The translations under genes were made by a program, and so were the position numbers. DNA of 62,412 nucleotides, the filler included, from Chiloscyllium plagiosum (Eukaryota), in assembly GCF_004010195.1 (NCBI RefSeq). It is 3 parts of one record of this genome, joined end to end, with 100 filler letters (N's around TTAATTAATTAA, not from the genome) between each part and the next. Parts side by side here need not be neighbours in the genome. Positions count along the whole stretch, not along the records: positions 1 to 26,422 come from NC_057713.1; 2 more parts are not named here. One strand, given 5' to 3'. The notes beneath the pieces were generated by a model. It did not search any database and was not told where the DNA came from. It was given only the letters and a program-made list of their open reading frames with translations. Positions 1-13,404 of this stretch are shown here, piece after piece. The first letter of the stretch is position 1; every line of letters begins with the position of its first letter.

Positions 1-241
1 TGAGGGGAGATAGGTATAAGACAGATGTCAAAGGTAGTTTCTTTACTCAGCGAGTCGTGAGTTCATGGAATGCCCTGCCAGTAGCAGTGGTGGACTCTCC
101 CTCTTTATGGGCATTTAAACGGGCATTGGATAGGCATATGGAGGAGAGTGGGCTAGTGTAGGTTAGGTGGGCTTGGATCGGCGCAACATCGAGGGCCAAA
201 GGGCCTGTACTGCACTGTATTTTTCTATGTTCTATGTTCTA
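1..241 (+). mobile_element. CR1 LINE 3' end with (TTCTATG)n tail
   Basis: ORF2 C-terminal motif (FFTQRVVSSWNALP), CR1 3'UTR 'gggccaaagggcctgtactgcactgta', tail ttctatgttctatgttcta. Confidence 0.85.
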
Positions 242-420
242 TAAAAGGCAGCAACCATATGGTCATTGAAAGAAACCTGCACTGATAGCTGACACAGCAG
301 TGCAACATCGAGGGCCAAAGGGCCTGTACTGCACTGTATTTTTCTATGTTCTATGTTCTATAAAAGGCAGCAACCATATGGTCATTGAAAGAAACCTGCA
401 CTGATAGCTGACACAGCAGT
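183..420. repeat. Exact 119-bp tandem duplication
   Basis: 183-301 is repeated at 302-420 and spans the CR1 tail plus flanking sequence. Confidence 0.9.
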
Positions 421-3400
421 GAGTCTGCACAGTTACTGCCTTTGCTTTCATGTATCTCTGGACATATGAGTGTGTCTAGGAAAAAATAACAAATAGCATA
501 ATTCACAGCTGAATTCGGAGGAAACTGTGTCGGAGAGCTCACAGCACAGGAACAGGTAAGTGTATAGTTTTTAAGTGTGACCTTGCTGTAAGTCTGCGTT
601 AGTTAGTAGAGAGGGTTCTTCGTTGATTATGTGTTTTATTGAAATCTGTCTCTTGATTAAATTTTAAAAATACAAACCATTAGTACTAAGCTAGTCTGGC
701 GCACTGTTTTTTTTAGAGCAAAAGTATGGTGCTGTTTTCTGGGTCTGTAGGTTGTGAAGAAGCAAAGTTGGCCTTAGGTAGAGTGATATGCTCTTCCTGT
801 TGGATGTGGGAATTTAGCGAGAGTTTCTATGTGACTGATGATTGTATCTGCAGGAATTGTCTTTGGCTACGAATCCTATCAGATTGCATGGATCAGTTGG
901 AGCCAGAGTTAGAGGCAATAAGGAATTTAAAAGAACTGGGGATGTGAAAGATGGCAGTTCTAGGAAAGAAGAAAAGCCATAGAGACAATCAGATAAATTG
1001 ATTAACTCCAGGAAAGGTAGGAGGGGTAGGCAGTAGTGCGGGTGTTCTTCTGTGGCTATGCTTATTTCAAGTAAGCATGCTGTTTTGGAAAATGAAAGGG
1101 ACTCTCAGGGAAATGTAGCACGTATAGCCAAGTTTCTGGTATCAACACTGGCTCTAATGTCATGAGGGGTACGTTGAATTTCAAGCAATCAATTGTGATA
1201 GGAGACTGTCTAGTCTGAGGCACAGACAGACATTTCTGCGACCAGCAATTAAAAATCAGAATGATCCTGGTGCCAGGATCAAGGATGACTCAGAGAGGGT
1301 ACAGAATGTTCTCAAAGGGGAGAGGGTCCAGCAGGAGGTCATTGCACATATGACACCAATGACACAGGAAGGGGAAAGAATGAGACTCTGAAGGGAGAAT
1401 ATACAAAGTTAGGCAGGAATTTAAAAAGAGGTCCTCGTGAGTAGTAATATCTGGATTACTCCCCGTGTTACAAGCTACTAAGGGTAAGAATAGGAGGAGA
1501 GAGCAGTTGAATGTGTGGCTGAGGAGCTGGTGCATGGGTGAATGGTTCACATTTTTGGATCATTGGAATCTCTTCTGGGGTGGAAGTGACTTGTACAAGA
1601 AGGATGGAATGCACCTAAATTGGAAGGAGACTAATATACCGGCAGGGAGAGTTACTAGAGCTGTTTGGGAGAATTTAAACTAGTAAGGTGGAGGGTGGGA
1701 ACAGTCAGGGCAGAAAGGAACAAAGTAGAGAACAAGGTAGGATTGATAAATTAAATTGCATTTACTTCCATGCAAGAGGCCGAATAGGGAAGGCAGATGA
1801 ACTCAAGGCATGGCTAGGAACGTGGGCCTGGGATATCATTGCAATTACGGAAATGTGCCTCAGGGATGGACAGTACTGGTGTCCATGTTAATGTTCCAGG
1901 ATATAAATGCTATAGGAAAGAGAGAAAAGAGGGCAAAAGATGAGGGGGTGTGGTGGTGTATTTCATAAAAGGAGAGCATTATTGCTGTACTGAGGCAGGA
2001 TATTCCTGGAAGTACATCCAGTGAAGTTAATTGGGTGGAATCGAGAAAGAAAAAGAGACGATCACATTATTGGGATTATGTTATAGATCCCCGAATAGTT
2101 ATTGGAAAATTGAGAAATAAATTTGTAAGGAGATTTCAGTTATCTGTAAGAATAATAGGGTGATGATGGTAGGAGATTTTAATTTTCCAAACATAGACTG
2201 GGAGTGCCATAATGTTAAGGGTTCATATTGAGAGGAATTTGTTCAGAAAATTTTCTGATTCAGTATATGGATGTACCTACTAGAGAAGGTGCAAAACTAG
2301 ACTTATGCTTGGGAAATAAGGCAGGGTAGGTGACTGAGGTGTCTGTGGGGGTGCACTTTGGTGCCAGCAACCATAATTCTATTAGTTTTTAAATAGTGAT
2401 GGAAAAGGATAGACTGGATCTAAAAGTTGAAGTTCTAAACTGGAGGAATGCTAATTTTGACGATATTAGGCAAAAACTTTCAAAAGCTGATTGGGGCAGC
2501 TACTTGCAGGTAAAGGGACGGCTGGAAAATGGGAAACCTTCATACATGAGAGAATGGACAGTATATTCCTGTTAGGGTAAAAGGAAAAGCTGTAGGCGTA
2601 GGGAATGCTGGATGACTACAGAAATTGAGGTAAAGAAAAAGGAAGCATATGTCACATACAGACAGAAGAGATTGAGTGAATCCTTAGAAGAGTATAAAGA
2701 CAGTAGGAGTATACTTAGAGTCATAGAGATGTATAACACGGAAACAGACCCTTCGGTCCAACTTGTCCATGCCGACCAGATATCCCAACCCAATTTAGTC
2801 CCACCTGCCAGCACCTGGCTCATATCCCTCCAAACTCTTCCTATTTGTATACCCATCCAGGCGCCTTTTAAATGTTGCAATTTTACCAGCCTCCACCACT
2901 TCCTCTGGCAGCTCATTCCATACACGTACCACCCTCTGCATGAAAAAGTTGCCCCTTAGGTCTCTTTCATATCTTTCCCCGCTCACCCTAAACCTATGCC
3001 CTCTAGTTCTGGACTTCCCCACCACACGGATATGTCTATCTATCCTATCCATGCCCCTCATAATTTTATAAACCTCTAATAAGGTCACCCCTCAGCCTTC
3101 GATGCTCCAGAGAAAACAACCTTAGCCTATAAAACCTGTCCCTATAGCCTCAGATCCTCCAACCTTGGCAACATCCTTATATATCTTTTCTGAACCCTTT
3201 CAAGCTTCACAACATCTTTCCTAAGGAAGAAGACCAGAATTGCACGTGCAGCCACAACATGACCTCCCAACTCCTGTACTCAATACTCTGACCTATAAAG
3301 GAAAGCATACCAACTGCCTTCTTCACTATCCTATCTACCTGCAACTCCACTTTCAAGGAGCTATGAACCTGCACTCCAAGGTCTCTTTGTTTAGCAACAC

Positions 3401-4560
3401 TCCCTAGGACCTTACCAGAAAGTGTATAAGTCCTGCTAAGATTTGCTTTCCCAAAATGCAGCACATCATATTTATCTAAATGAAACTCCATCTGCCACTT
3501 CTCAGCCCACTGGCCCATATGATCAAGATCCTAGTGTAATCTGAGGTAACCTTCTTCGCTGTCCATTATACCTCCAATTTTGGTGTCATCTGCAAACTTA
3601 CTAACTGTACCTCTTATGCTCACATCCAAATCATTTATATAAATGATGAAAAGTAGTGGACCCAGCACCGATCCTTGTAGCACTCCACTGGTCACAGGTT
3701 TCCAATCTGAAAAACAACCCTCCACCACCATCACCCACTGTCTTCAACCTTTGAGCCAGTCCTTATCCAAATGGCGAGTTCTCTCTGTATTCCATGAGAT
3801 TTATCCTTGCTCACCAGTGTCCCATGGGGAATCTTGTCGAAAGCCTTACTGAAGTCCATATAGATCACATCTACGCTCTGCGCTCATCAATCCTCTTTGT
3901 TATTTCTTCAAAAAACTCAATCAAGTTTGTGAGGCATGATTTCCTGCACATAAAGGCATGTTGACAATCCCTAATCAGTCCTTGTCTTTCCAAATACACG
4001 TACATCCTTCCCCTCAGGATTTCCTCCAACAACTTGGCTACCACCGACGTCAGGTTCACTGGTCTATAGTTCCCTGGTTTGTCCTTACCACCTTTCTTAA
4101 ACAGTGGCACTACATTAGCCAACCTCCAGTCTTCTACTTAAGAGGGAAATCAGGAGGGAAGAAAGGGGATATGCAATAGCTTTGGCAAAGAGGGTTAAGG
4201 GGAATCCAAAGGTATTTTATAAATACATTAAGAACAAACTTGTAACTCGGGAGAGGATAGGGCTCAAAGATCAACAAAGCAGCCTATGCGTGAAGCCACA
4301 GGAGATGAGGGAGATACAAAATGAGTATTTGCATCAGTGTTTACTGTGGAGAAGGACATGGAAGATATAGAATGTAGGGAAGTAGATGATGACATCTTGA
4401 GGAGGAAGTGCTGAATGTCTTGAAATGTATTAAAGTGGATAAATTCTCAGGACCTGATCAGGTGTATCCTGGAACTCTGTGGGAAGCTAGGGAAGTGATT
4501 GCTGTGCCCTTTGTTGACATATTTGTATCATTGATAGTCACAGCTGAGGTGCCAGAAACT
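380..4560 (+). mobile_element. Decayed CR1 LINE, 5' part (ORF1 SGNH-esterase, ORF2 endonuclease), interrupted at 2718-4134
   Basis: ORF fragments VICSSCWMWE..CICRNC, DLYKKDGMHLNW, LNCIYFHARG..WDIIAITE, then KGNPKVFYKYIK and KFSGPDQVYP after the insertion; many stops and frameshifts. Confidence 0.85.
2718..4134 (-). mobile_element. 5'-truncated CR1 LINE (RT) nested antisense in the host CR1, 6-bp TSD TACTTA
   Basis: [46 protein letters not shown]; tail at 2718; TACTTA at 2712-2717 and 4135-4140. Confidence 0.88.
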
Positions 4561-6100
4561 GTTATTGGATTGTGCTTGGTATATGTTGGGAGTCAAGCGC
4601 TGAGTTACTCTCCAGAATATTCCTCACTTCTAACTTGTTCTTGTCGCCAATGTGATCATGTTATGAGTCCAGTTGAGTATCTAGTCAACTGAAACCTCCA
4701 GGATGTTGATAGTGGGCGATTCAATGATGGTGACGCTACTGAATATCATAGATTGTATGTTACTGGTGGTGGTCATAACCTGTAGTGTGAATATTATTTT
4801 CAGCCCAAGTATGATTTTTTTTAAATCTGAATATGGATTGCTTCAGTCTCTGAGAAGCTGCAAATAGCACTGAACATTGTGCAATTATCAACACACTTCC
4901 TCACTTCTGTGCATATTAAGCTCATTTTTGAAGCCCCTGAAGAATGTTGAGCCTACTACACAAAAATGAGGAACTCTTACATAAATTAGATTAGATTAGA
5001 TTACTTACAGTGTGGAAACAGGCCCTTCGGCCCAACAAGTCCACACCGACCCGCCAAAGCGTAACCCACCCATTCCCGTACATTTACCCCTTTACCTAAC
5101 ACTACGGGCAATTTAGCATGGCCAATTCACCTGACGTGCACATCTTTGGACTGTGGGAGGAAACCGGAGCACCCGGAGGAAACCCACGCAGACACGGGGA
5201 GAATGTGCAAACTCCACACAGTCAGTCGCCTGAGTCGGGAATTGAACCCGGGTCTCTGGTGCTGTGAGGCAGCAGTGCTAACCACTGTGCCACCGTGCTG
5301 CCCACAAAGAGGGTTAAGGAGCTGGAGCTGAGATGATTGACCTCCAACAACCATCTTCTTGTGTCCCAGGTATGACTTAAATCAGCAGAGTGTTTGCCCC
5401 AATACCCACTGATTCCAGTTTTGCTAGGGCTCTTTGATGTCACACTCAGCCGAATGCAGCCTCAATGTCAAAGGCAGTCACTTTCACCACACCTTTGGAA
5501 TTCAGCTCTTTTTCCATGTTTGAATCAAAACTGTAATGATGTCAGGATCGGAGTGACCCCTGAGGAACCCAAACTGGCCTTCACTGAACAGGTTATTTTT
5601 GAGCAGATGTTGCTTGTCATAGCACTATTCATGACATCTTCCATTAGAACTGATGATCAAGAGTAGACTGATGGGACGGGGTTCAATTTGTCCTGCTTTT
5701 TGCGTACAGGGTATGCTTGGGCAATTTTTAACATTGATGGTAGATACCAGTCTTGTGACTGTACTGGAACAGCTTGCCTAAAGAAGTGGCAAGTTCTGGC
5801 TCACAAGACTTCAGTACCATTGCTAGAATGTTGTCAGGCCCCATAGCCTTTATAGTATCCAGTGCCTCCATTCGTTCCTTGATATCATGTGGAATGAACA
5901 GAATTAGCTGATGACTGATATGTATATTACACAGGGCCACTGGATGAGGCCAATATGGATCATCCATCCGTCACTTCTCACTCAAAATTGCTGCAAATTC
6001 TTCAGCATTATCTTTTACACTAGTGTTCTGGGTTCTTCCATCATTCAGGATGAGGACATTTGTGGAACCTCCTCCTTCAGTGAGTTGTTTAATTGTCCAC
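4560..6100 (-). mobile_element. Old CR1/L2-group LINE fragment
   Basis: KAMGPDNILAMVLKSCEPELATSLGKLFQYS; similar to the element at 31600-33850. Confidence 0.7.
4986..5303 (-). mobile_element. HE1-type tRNA-derived SINE
   Basis: Minus strand reads ggcagcacggtggcacagtggttagcactgctgcctcacagc...ggttcaattccc (A/B boxes), then a CR1-like 3' end and (TCTAA)n tail. Confidence 0.85.
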
Positions 6101-8010
6101 CACCACAAATTCTTACAAGTTTGTTTCTCAATTTCCTGCTATGAGGGGTTTTATAGTTTTCCCTTTCCTTTTTCTCAATTCCACGCAAATAACTTCCCTG
6201 GATGTACTCCCAGGAATAACCTCCCTAAGTACAGCCATAATGTTATCCCTAACCAAAAAGCCACTCCCCCTCCTCCCATTTCTACAGAATTGTACCCTGG
6301 AATATTAAGCCTGCCTGTACTGTCCACCCCTAAGCCGTGTCTCTGTAATCGCTATGATATCCCAGTCCCATGTTCCCAGCAATGTCCTGAGTTCATCTGC
6401 CTTACCTGTTAGGTCTCTTGCATTGAAATAAATGCAGTTTAATTTATCAGACCTACCTTATTTTCTACTTTGTTATGATATGGCCTGATTGTTTGACTTG
6501 CTCCTTTTCCCAACTGCACAGTCTCAGACTGATCTGTTTCCTCACTGCAACCCTTGACTCCCCCCCCCCCACCCCCACCTTTCTAGTTTAAATCCTCCTG
6601 AGCAGCTCTAGCAAATCTTCCCACCAGTCCCCTTCCAACTCAAGTTCAATCTATCCTTCTTATACAGATCACTTCTACCCCAGAAGAGATTCCAATGTTC
6701 CAAAAATGTGAATCCTTCTCCCCTGCACCTGCTTCACAGCCACATATTTATCTACTCTGTCCTATTTCTACTCTCATTCACACATGGCACCAGGATATTA
6801 CTAGCCTCAAGGACCTACTTTTTAAATTCCTGCTTAGTTTCCTATTTTGTCTCCTCAGAACCCCATCCTTTTCTTTCCCATGTTGTTTATTGTAATGTGT
6901 ACAATGATCACCTGAGAATATTCTGCACCATCTCCGAGGTATGTTTAATCCTGGCACCAGGGAGGCAACACACCATTCTGATGTCTCATTGTCAGGCTGC
7001 AGAAATGTCTGTGCCTCCGACAAGAGAGTTCCCTATGTCAATCAATTGCTTGGAACTTCATGCACGCCTCATTGCATTAGAGCCAATCTCACTTCCAGCA
7101 ACATGACTATGAGTCCGACATTTCTCTGAGAGTCTGGCACCGCCTACATTTTCCAAAACAGTAGATTTGTCTGAGATAGGAATAGCCACAGAGACTCCTG
7201 CAAAACCTACCTCCCTCTCCTACTTTTCCTGGACATAGCCCATCTACTTAACTGTATCTGCAGTTTTCTCCCTTCCTGAAACTGCCACCTATCACACCCT
7301 CTTAGCACCTGTAAATTCCTCATTGCCTCGGAAATACTGCTCTAACCAATCCATGCAATCTGATAGAAATTGTAATCAAACACCCTTCCTGTGGACATAA
7401 TCATCAGGAACATTGAAATTCTCCCAATCTCCCATATCTGAAGGAAGAGCACATCTCTCCACTGAAGGCCATCTTTGCACTTTAAAAATCTACAGACCCA
7501 GGAAAAAAGCAGTCTTACTGCTTTTTAAATAACACTGCTCCAGAATAAATTTTTACCTATGTTTGATATTTTTAAAGTTTAATCACTTTTAAAATAAGCC
7601 ACTTAGCTCTTCTGCTGCTGCGAGCAGATTTCTTCAAGGTCAGCTATCTGTTTGTTTATTTGTTTGTTTCACTGTTTGTTTATTTTTCTCAGAACAAACT
7701 CTGAAGTCCAGAGATATTTGACACTCACAGCAGAGGCAATCAGCTGTGAAACTTCATTGTCTGGTCAGACAGTGTGCACATTTAATGATTTTTTTTTAAT
7801 CTCCCATGTGTTACCTGTTTTGCCTCTGTTCTTCCTTTTTTTAAAGTGTTAATGTTTGATCTCTTTGTTTCCCAAAATTACAAAAACAATCAACAGCTTA
7901 TGAAATATGAATTATTGCTCCAAGGATTCAAGGAAATCAGCTTGAACACTGAAATATGTCAAAAAAGGAGTACGTCTTACAGCCAGAACATTTCCTGTCC
8001 TCCACCTTGG
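6100..8010 (-). mobile_element. CR1 LINE 5' region (5'UTR, ORF1 esterase, endonuclease fragments), decayed
   Basis: Antisense match to the CR1 5' regions at 380-2000 and 47850-49400 (LKSRSLRLVIS; gatccatcagtgt-type esterase remnants not relied on). Confidence 0.7.
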
Positions 8011-8695
8011 ATTCTGATCCTTGATAAATTTTAAGGGATTTGATCTGGACCATAATAAATTGGGAGTTCCTGTTGGGATCCACATCTCTAATTTCAGGTT
8101 AGGTTTAGGATAACTGAACTCAAAGAAAGTGAGTGGTGTGTGTTGGTGTTCTCCTTTCAGGTGTTGCAAATGGATGTTTTCAGTAAGGCGAAGAGTTTCT
8201 TGGGTATGAAAGAAGTTGCTTGGGGTGATTTACAGAAGATGAGTAAGGCAAAGCATTCAGAATTGTCAGACAAACTGGAGTTGAGGTTATCTGTGCCTGT
8301 GAGGAATGAGGAAGTAATTGCAGAATAGCTCAGTATTTATAATTGCCAGAAATGCAATTACAATAATTGGAAATAGCAAAAATTTAATTGCAAATGAAAG
8401 AGATTAAATTATAGGCAAAAGCATAAGATAATTGCAGCAGAACAAAGGGCAAAATAACTAAAATAGCTTCAATATAAAAATTAAATGAAACATTTTGAGT
8501 TGCAATTGAAATGAGAAAAAAAGGGATAAAGAGAGAGAAGAAAGGAAGAAAGCAAGAATATTTGAACTTCAGAATTTGGAAGTGAACAGTGAAAGTCAAT
8601 TTAAAATGGCAGAGGTAAAAGTGAAAGGTGGAAGCAGTGTTGAGGATTGGTGGGGATGTGTTTGAAAATGATCAAGTGTTGCTTAGGTTTGACAA

Positions 8696-9700
8696 GCCAA
8701 TGTTGTCTATCTTAAACATTGCAGGCAAGAATGCCCTGCGGCATGGTATATTGGGGAAACCGAGCAAAGGCTATGGCAACGGATGAATGGGCACCGCACA
8801 TCAGTCAACAGACAGGACTGTTCTCTCCCAGTTGAGGAAAACTTCAGCGGTCCAGGACCTTTGGGTGGCCACCCTCCAAGGCGGACTTCAGGACAGGCAG
8901 CAGCAAAAAGTGGCCGAGCAGAGGCTGATAGCTAAGTTCCATATCCATAGGGAGAGCCTCAAACAGGACCTTGGGTTCATGTCACACTACAGGTGACCAT
9001 CATTGCACTATACACACACAGACACACACACACACACACAGGCACTCTTATACACACACATACACACGGACACATATACACAGACACACACAGACACACA
9101 CACCCTCACAGACACACACACTCCAGCATTCACACAGGCATCCTCTCAGAGATTTAGACCACTCTACACTCATGCACACACATATACACTCTCTCTCACA
9201 CTTACAACCCCCAACCCAGACAGACACACAGACAGACAGACACAAATACCCACATACACACATATATTTTTTGGGTGAATTTGTACTTGCAGAGTTACAT
9301 TGTACTTTGCTCAAAAACTGTACTAAGTCATGTAAAATCTCACTTTTTAGATTAAAATCAATCAAATATCATGGCACATACAGAGAATGCAGGGGCTAAC
9401 ACATTCAACATATTGTCTAGCTAACACCAATTGTTACAGTTAACCTGAGAATGCAACTTTTAAAAAACATGAAAGAAGTGAAACTATCATGGTATTCGAA
9501 CAGATGAAAGACTCAACAGGCAATCAAGGTAATTTTCAATGTATAATTTTAGTTTCATCACACTGTAAATTTTTGCAATAAATTCTGTGCCTTACAATAG
9601 TATCCTCCACAACCTCTTGACGAAGGAGCGGCGCTCTGAAAGCTCATGTCCTTCCAATTAAACCTGTTGGACTATAACCTGGTGTTGTGTGATTTGTAAC
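8696..9700 (+). mobile_element. Non-autonomous Penelope-like element (GIY-YIG 3' fragment, (CA)n tract, hammerhead-like terminus)
   Basis: CRQECPAAWYIGETEQRL; CA-rich tract at about 9010-9265; ttgacgaaggagcggcgctctgaaagctc near 9617. Confidence 0.75.
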
Positions 9701-10412
9701 TTGATAAAATTCTTGGCAGTGTAGATGAACAGAGACATCTCGGTGTTCAGGTGCACAAACCCCAGAAATTGGCACCCAGGTTGATAGGGTTTTTAAGAAG
9801 GCATATGGTGTGTTGGCATTTATTGTAGGGGGATTGAGTTTTGGAGCCACAAGGTTATGCCTCAGCTGTACAAGACACTGGTAAGGCTACACCTAGAGTG
9901 TTGCGTATAGTTCTGGTCACTGCATTATTGGAAGGATTGAGAAAGGTTAAGAAGAGATTTACCAGCATGTTGCCTGATATGGAAGGAAGGTCTTACAAGG
10001 AAAGGCTGAGGGAATTGAGCCTGTTTTCATTGGAGAGAAGAAGTTTGAGAGGTGACTCAATGGAGCCGTATAAGATAATCAGAGGGTTAGATAGGGTGGA
10101 CAAAGGGGGTCTTTTTCTTTGGATGGTGAAGGCTAACACGAGGGGGCATAACTTTAAATTGAGGGGTGATAGATTTAGGACAAATATCAGGGGTAGTTTC
10201 TCTACTCAGAGAGTAGTAGGGGCATGGAACAGCCTGCCTGCAACTGTAGTAGACTCGTCGACATTAATGATATTTAAACAGGCATTGGAATTACGTATGG
10301 ATAATAATGGAACAGTATTGGTTAGATAGGCATCAGATTAATTCCACAGGTCGGCGCAACATCAAGGGCTGAAGGGCTTGTACTGCACTGTAATTTCTCT
10401 GTTCTATGTTCT
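9700..10412 (+). mobile_element. CR1 LINE 3' fragment
   Basis: ERLRELSLFSLERRSLRGD...TQRVVGAWNSLP; ttctatgttcta tail. Confidence 0.85.
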
Positions 10413-11325
10413 AAGAATATGAATTAGTTGATAAATCAAAGTTTGGCTTCAGACATCATTTTCAATCTGTGAGGATTTGAAACTGGGGAATGAGAAATCC
10501 TCAGGTGGTAAAGGAAAAGAAGATCACATTGAAGATAATGAAGATTGTTCACAACAGGGTAAAAAGGAACCCCTTGAAGTTGGGCAAAGAGGAGTAGAAA
10601 CTGTTTGGTGTTTTCATTGTAATAAAGTAAGACATGTAAAATCAATGTGTACTTGGTTTAAAGCACTGGGAAGACGAATGTGGTAAAAGATGGTGAAGGA
10701 AAGCATGGTGGAAACTGAAAAGTTGCAAAAAATATACAATCTGGTCAGGGGTTATTTCTAAGAAAGTGTCAGATTTCTACAAATAATTTAATTGTGTGGG
10801 TAAGATTTATTCGTGTACTAGGAGGAGCAGGTAAAGAAATTAAGATTTTAAGAGATATGGAAGTAAATCAATCTTTGATGGTGAATGATGAGGAGATATG
10901 TAATTCAGAAGGAGTATTGACAGAAAAGGTTACAATATGTGTAATTCATGGTGAGAAGAGTATGTTTTATTATATAAGGTGAAGTTGCAGAGTCTGGTGA
11001 AAAGTTGCGAAGAGTAGTAAGGGTAATAGAGAAATTGTCTGTTCCGGAAGTACAGTTTATCCTCGGAAGTGATATAGCTGGATCCCGGATGGGAGTGATG
11101 CCTACTGTGGGTGAAAAGCCAGTGGAAAATCAGACAACAAATGTTACAGGAAGTAGATTCTCAGATATGACCTGACTGTGCAGTAATAAGGTCATAAATG
11201 CATAGGTTGAAACAAGGAGGAGAAATCAAAGAGTGAAGATCAGGAAGTTGGATGTTCAAATTATCAGAAACTATGTTTGATCAGGACAAGGAAAAGGATG
11301 ACCTGCAAAATATGGCTTTGGATTG

Positions 11326-11453
11326 TGAAATAGATGCACAGAGGCCAATATCATATCACCAAGTCACCCTTTATTTATTTGTGCACAGGCTGTGGCCAGC
11401 CACCTCGGAGTCAGTCCCTTGAACCGAAGAGATTCTAAATTCCTGTTTATGTA
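11326..11453 (-). mobile_element. 3' half of an LTR (TATA-like box to terminal CA)
   Basis: Minus strand reads ATAAACAGG...AATAAAGGGTGACTTGGTGA...TATTTCA; resembles the 3' half of the LTR ending at 38363. Confidence 0.65.
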
Positions 11454-13330
11454 TTTTTTTGATTCATAGTTATACAAAATACAAGAGTAACAATACACAA
11501 GAGGAATAGGGACACAACCATAAAGTGCCTGAAATCTCACAAAGCAAGCAGCACTACATCAAACATATATTTTTAGTTTATTAGCCAATATAAGTTACAA
11601 ACAAAGGTTAATATGAATTACAAGAAACAGCAGTATACAAGGAGAGGGGTGGCAAAGCCAGACCCAAACCCTACTATACAACCAATTTGCAGGGAAATGA
11701 GGACAAACCTCAAATCCCACTTTCAGTCATCACAACAATAACAGTAACAAATACATATAAGACAGTCCAATCAAATAAGAAACAGTGCATAGAATACAGA
11801 TATTCTCCAGCAAGCCACCCGTCCCTCTCACCTTCCAGCCACTCAAAGACAACCTGTCCCAACGCCCTTCCAGCTCTCCATCTGCCCCATACCTCTTCCG
11901 GCTCTTGGTCTGCCCTGACACACCTTCTGGCCACCTTTAGGACAGCTCGTTCTGGTTCCCCACCCCCACCCCGCCTCACCCCCCCACCCCTTCAGGATGA
12001 CAGCGATCAGGACGGCCTACCCACCTCCGGATTCCATAGCCGGTCTTCGCACCGACTGGTCACCTCAAGGATAGCCCGCCCCTGTACCTTCCGGGGTGAC
12101 AGCGCTGAGGAAGGCCTATCCACCTGCTGGCTCTTGTCCACCTTGATATGCCATCCCGCCTGTAGACTGCCCTGACATGTCTAGGCCACATCTAGAACAG
12201 CTCGTTCCGCCTCCCTGGGACAATGGCAAGCAGGGCAGCCCACAAGCCCTCTGGATCTCGGCCTGCCCCTACGCACCTTCTGGCTCTCGGCCACTCTAAC
12301 AAACCATCTGGCCACCTCTAGGACAGCCTGTCTAGATTACCCCTTTTCGGGACAAAAACGCTCAGAACAGCCCACCAACATTCCACCTTTCAGGTCATCG
12401 GGGTAGCTTACCCACACTCCGGCTCTCGGGGTGACAGTTTTCAGAATGAACTATGAGCCTCCCAGCTCACAGTAAGACCTGCCAGACCCAGCGATACACA
12501 AAACAGTGCAGGTGATAAATACAACAACCAAAAAGACAGAATCAATTACTAACAAGCAGAGTCATTTCTGGTATACAGAGTCCATTAACATAAACAGTTC
12601 TCTTCAGAAAGATGAGTCCATTTCCAGGATAAGAGTCCACTCCAGTATGCAGAGCCCATTGCCAAAAACAGAGTCCACAACCAAAGGGAGATTCCACTCT
12701 TGAAGGCAGCAAATGCACACCCCACATCACACATGCAGTCTCCATAGAGGTCTGGTCCATCTATAGAGAACCAGGCCCACTCACGGGAATACAGTTTGTT
12801 GGAAAGGTTCAGTTAACTCACAGGGATTTGGTCCATTCCCGAAGGCAGATTCCATTCCCAAAGGTGAGCATGCAGCAAATGCTCACCTCCCAGCACACAT
12901 AGAGATATTCAGTGTTTACAGAGGCCTAGTCCACCCACAGAGGGACAGGCCTACCCATAGAGGAACAGTTCATTTAGAAAGGTGCAGTTGACTCACTGGG
13001 ACTCAGTCCAAACACCAAAACAAAAGTGAAAACATATGCAAAAAAAAAGAAAGAAAACCAGCATGCAAGGGCTAAGCCCTGCCCCAAAATCCTCAGCATA
13101 GTCCTTTTCTCAAAGTAAAAGAAAAGAGTAACACACAGGCTGTAACCAGCCAAGGAAACAACAATACCCTAATGAGAACTGAATTACACCTGAAACACAT
13201 TGACTGTATAGATCAGGCAGTTCAGAAATCAGTCCTCAATAAAAAAAAGGAACACCAGTTAATACACTTGCTGTGTAGATCAACCGGTTTAGGAATCAGG
13301 TTTCCTTCAAAAAAAGCAGAAACCAACAGC
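11454..13330 (-). mobile_element. Non-coding poly(A)-tailed element A (about 1.9 kb) with internal tandem repeats
   Basis: T7 at 11454-11460; 3' end similar to element A' (ttatacaaaat...atagggacacaa.cataa..t.c..gaaatctcacaaa...agcactacat); no RT or endonuclease ORF. Confidence 0.55.
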
Positions 13331-13404
13331 AGTACACAGTGACTGTGACAAGCCAGCTCAGAATCAGTCCCCTGAACTGAGAAGAATCCAAACCCCTGCT
13401 TATA

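Larger units (their letters stand above)
8150..11320 (+). mobile_element. Gypsy-like LTR retrotransposon internal remnant (gag zinc knuckle, protease), interrupted at about 8696-10412
   Basis: KAKHSELSDKLELRL gag N-terminus; CFHCNKVRHVKSMC CCHC knuckle near 10610; EIKILRD..QSLM protease-like motif; FILGSDIAG. Confidence 0.7.

Noticed and set aside
5245..5303. tRNA-like A/B boxes
   Set aside because: This is a SINE head, not a tRNA gene; it continues into the SINE body and CR1-like tail.
8971..9399. His/Thr-rich ORFs
   Set aside because: Translation of the (CA)n microsatellite.
11930..12450. Repeat-spacer-like periodicity resembling a CRISPR array
   Set aside because: The units are degenerate tandem repeats in vertebrate DNA, with no identical direct repeats and no cas genes.
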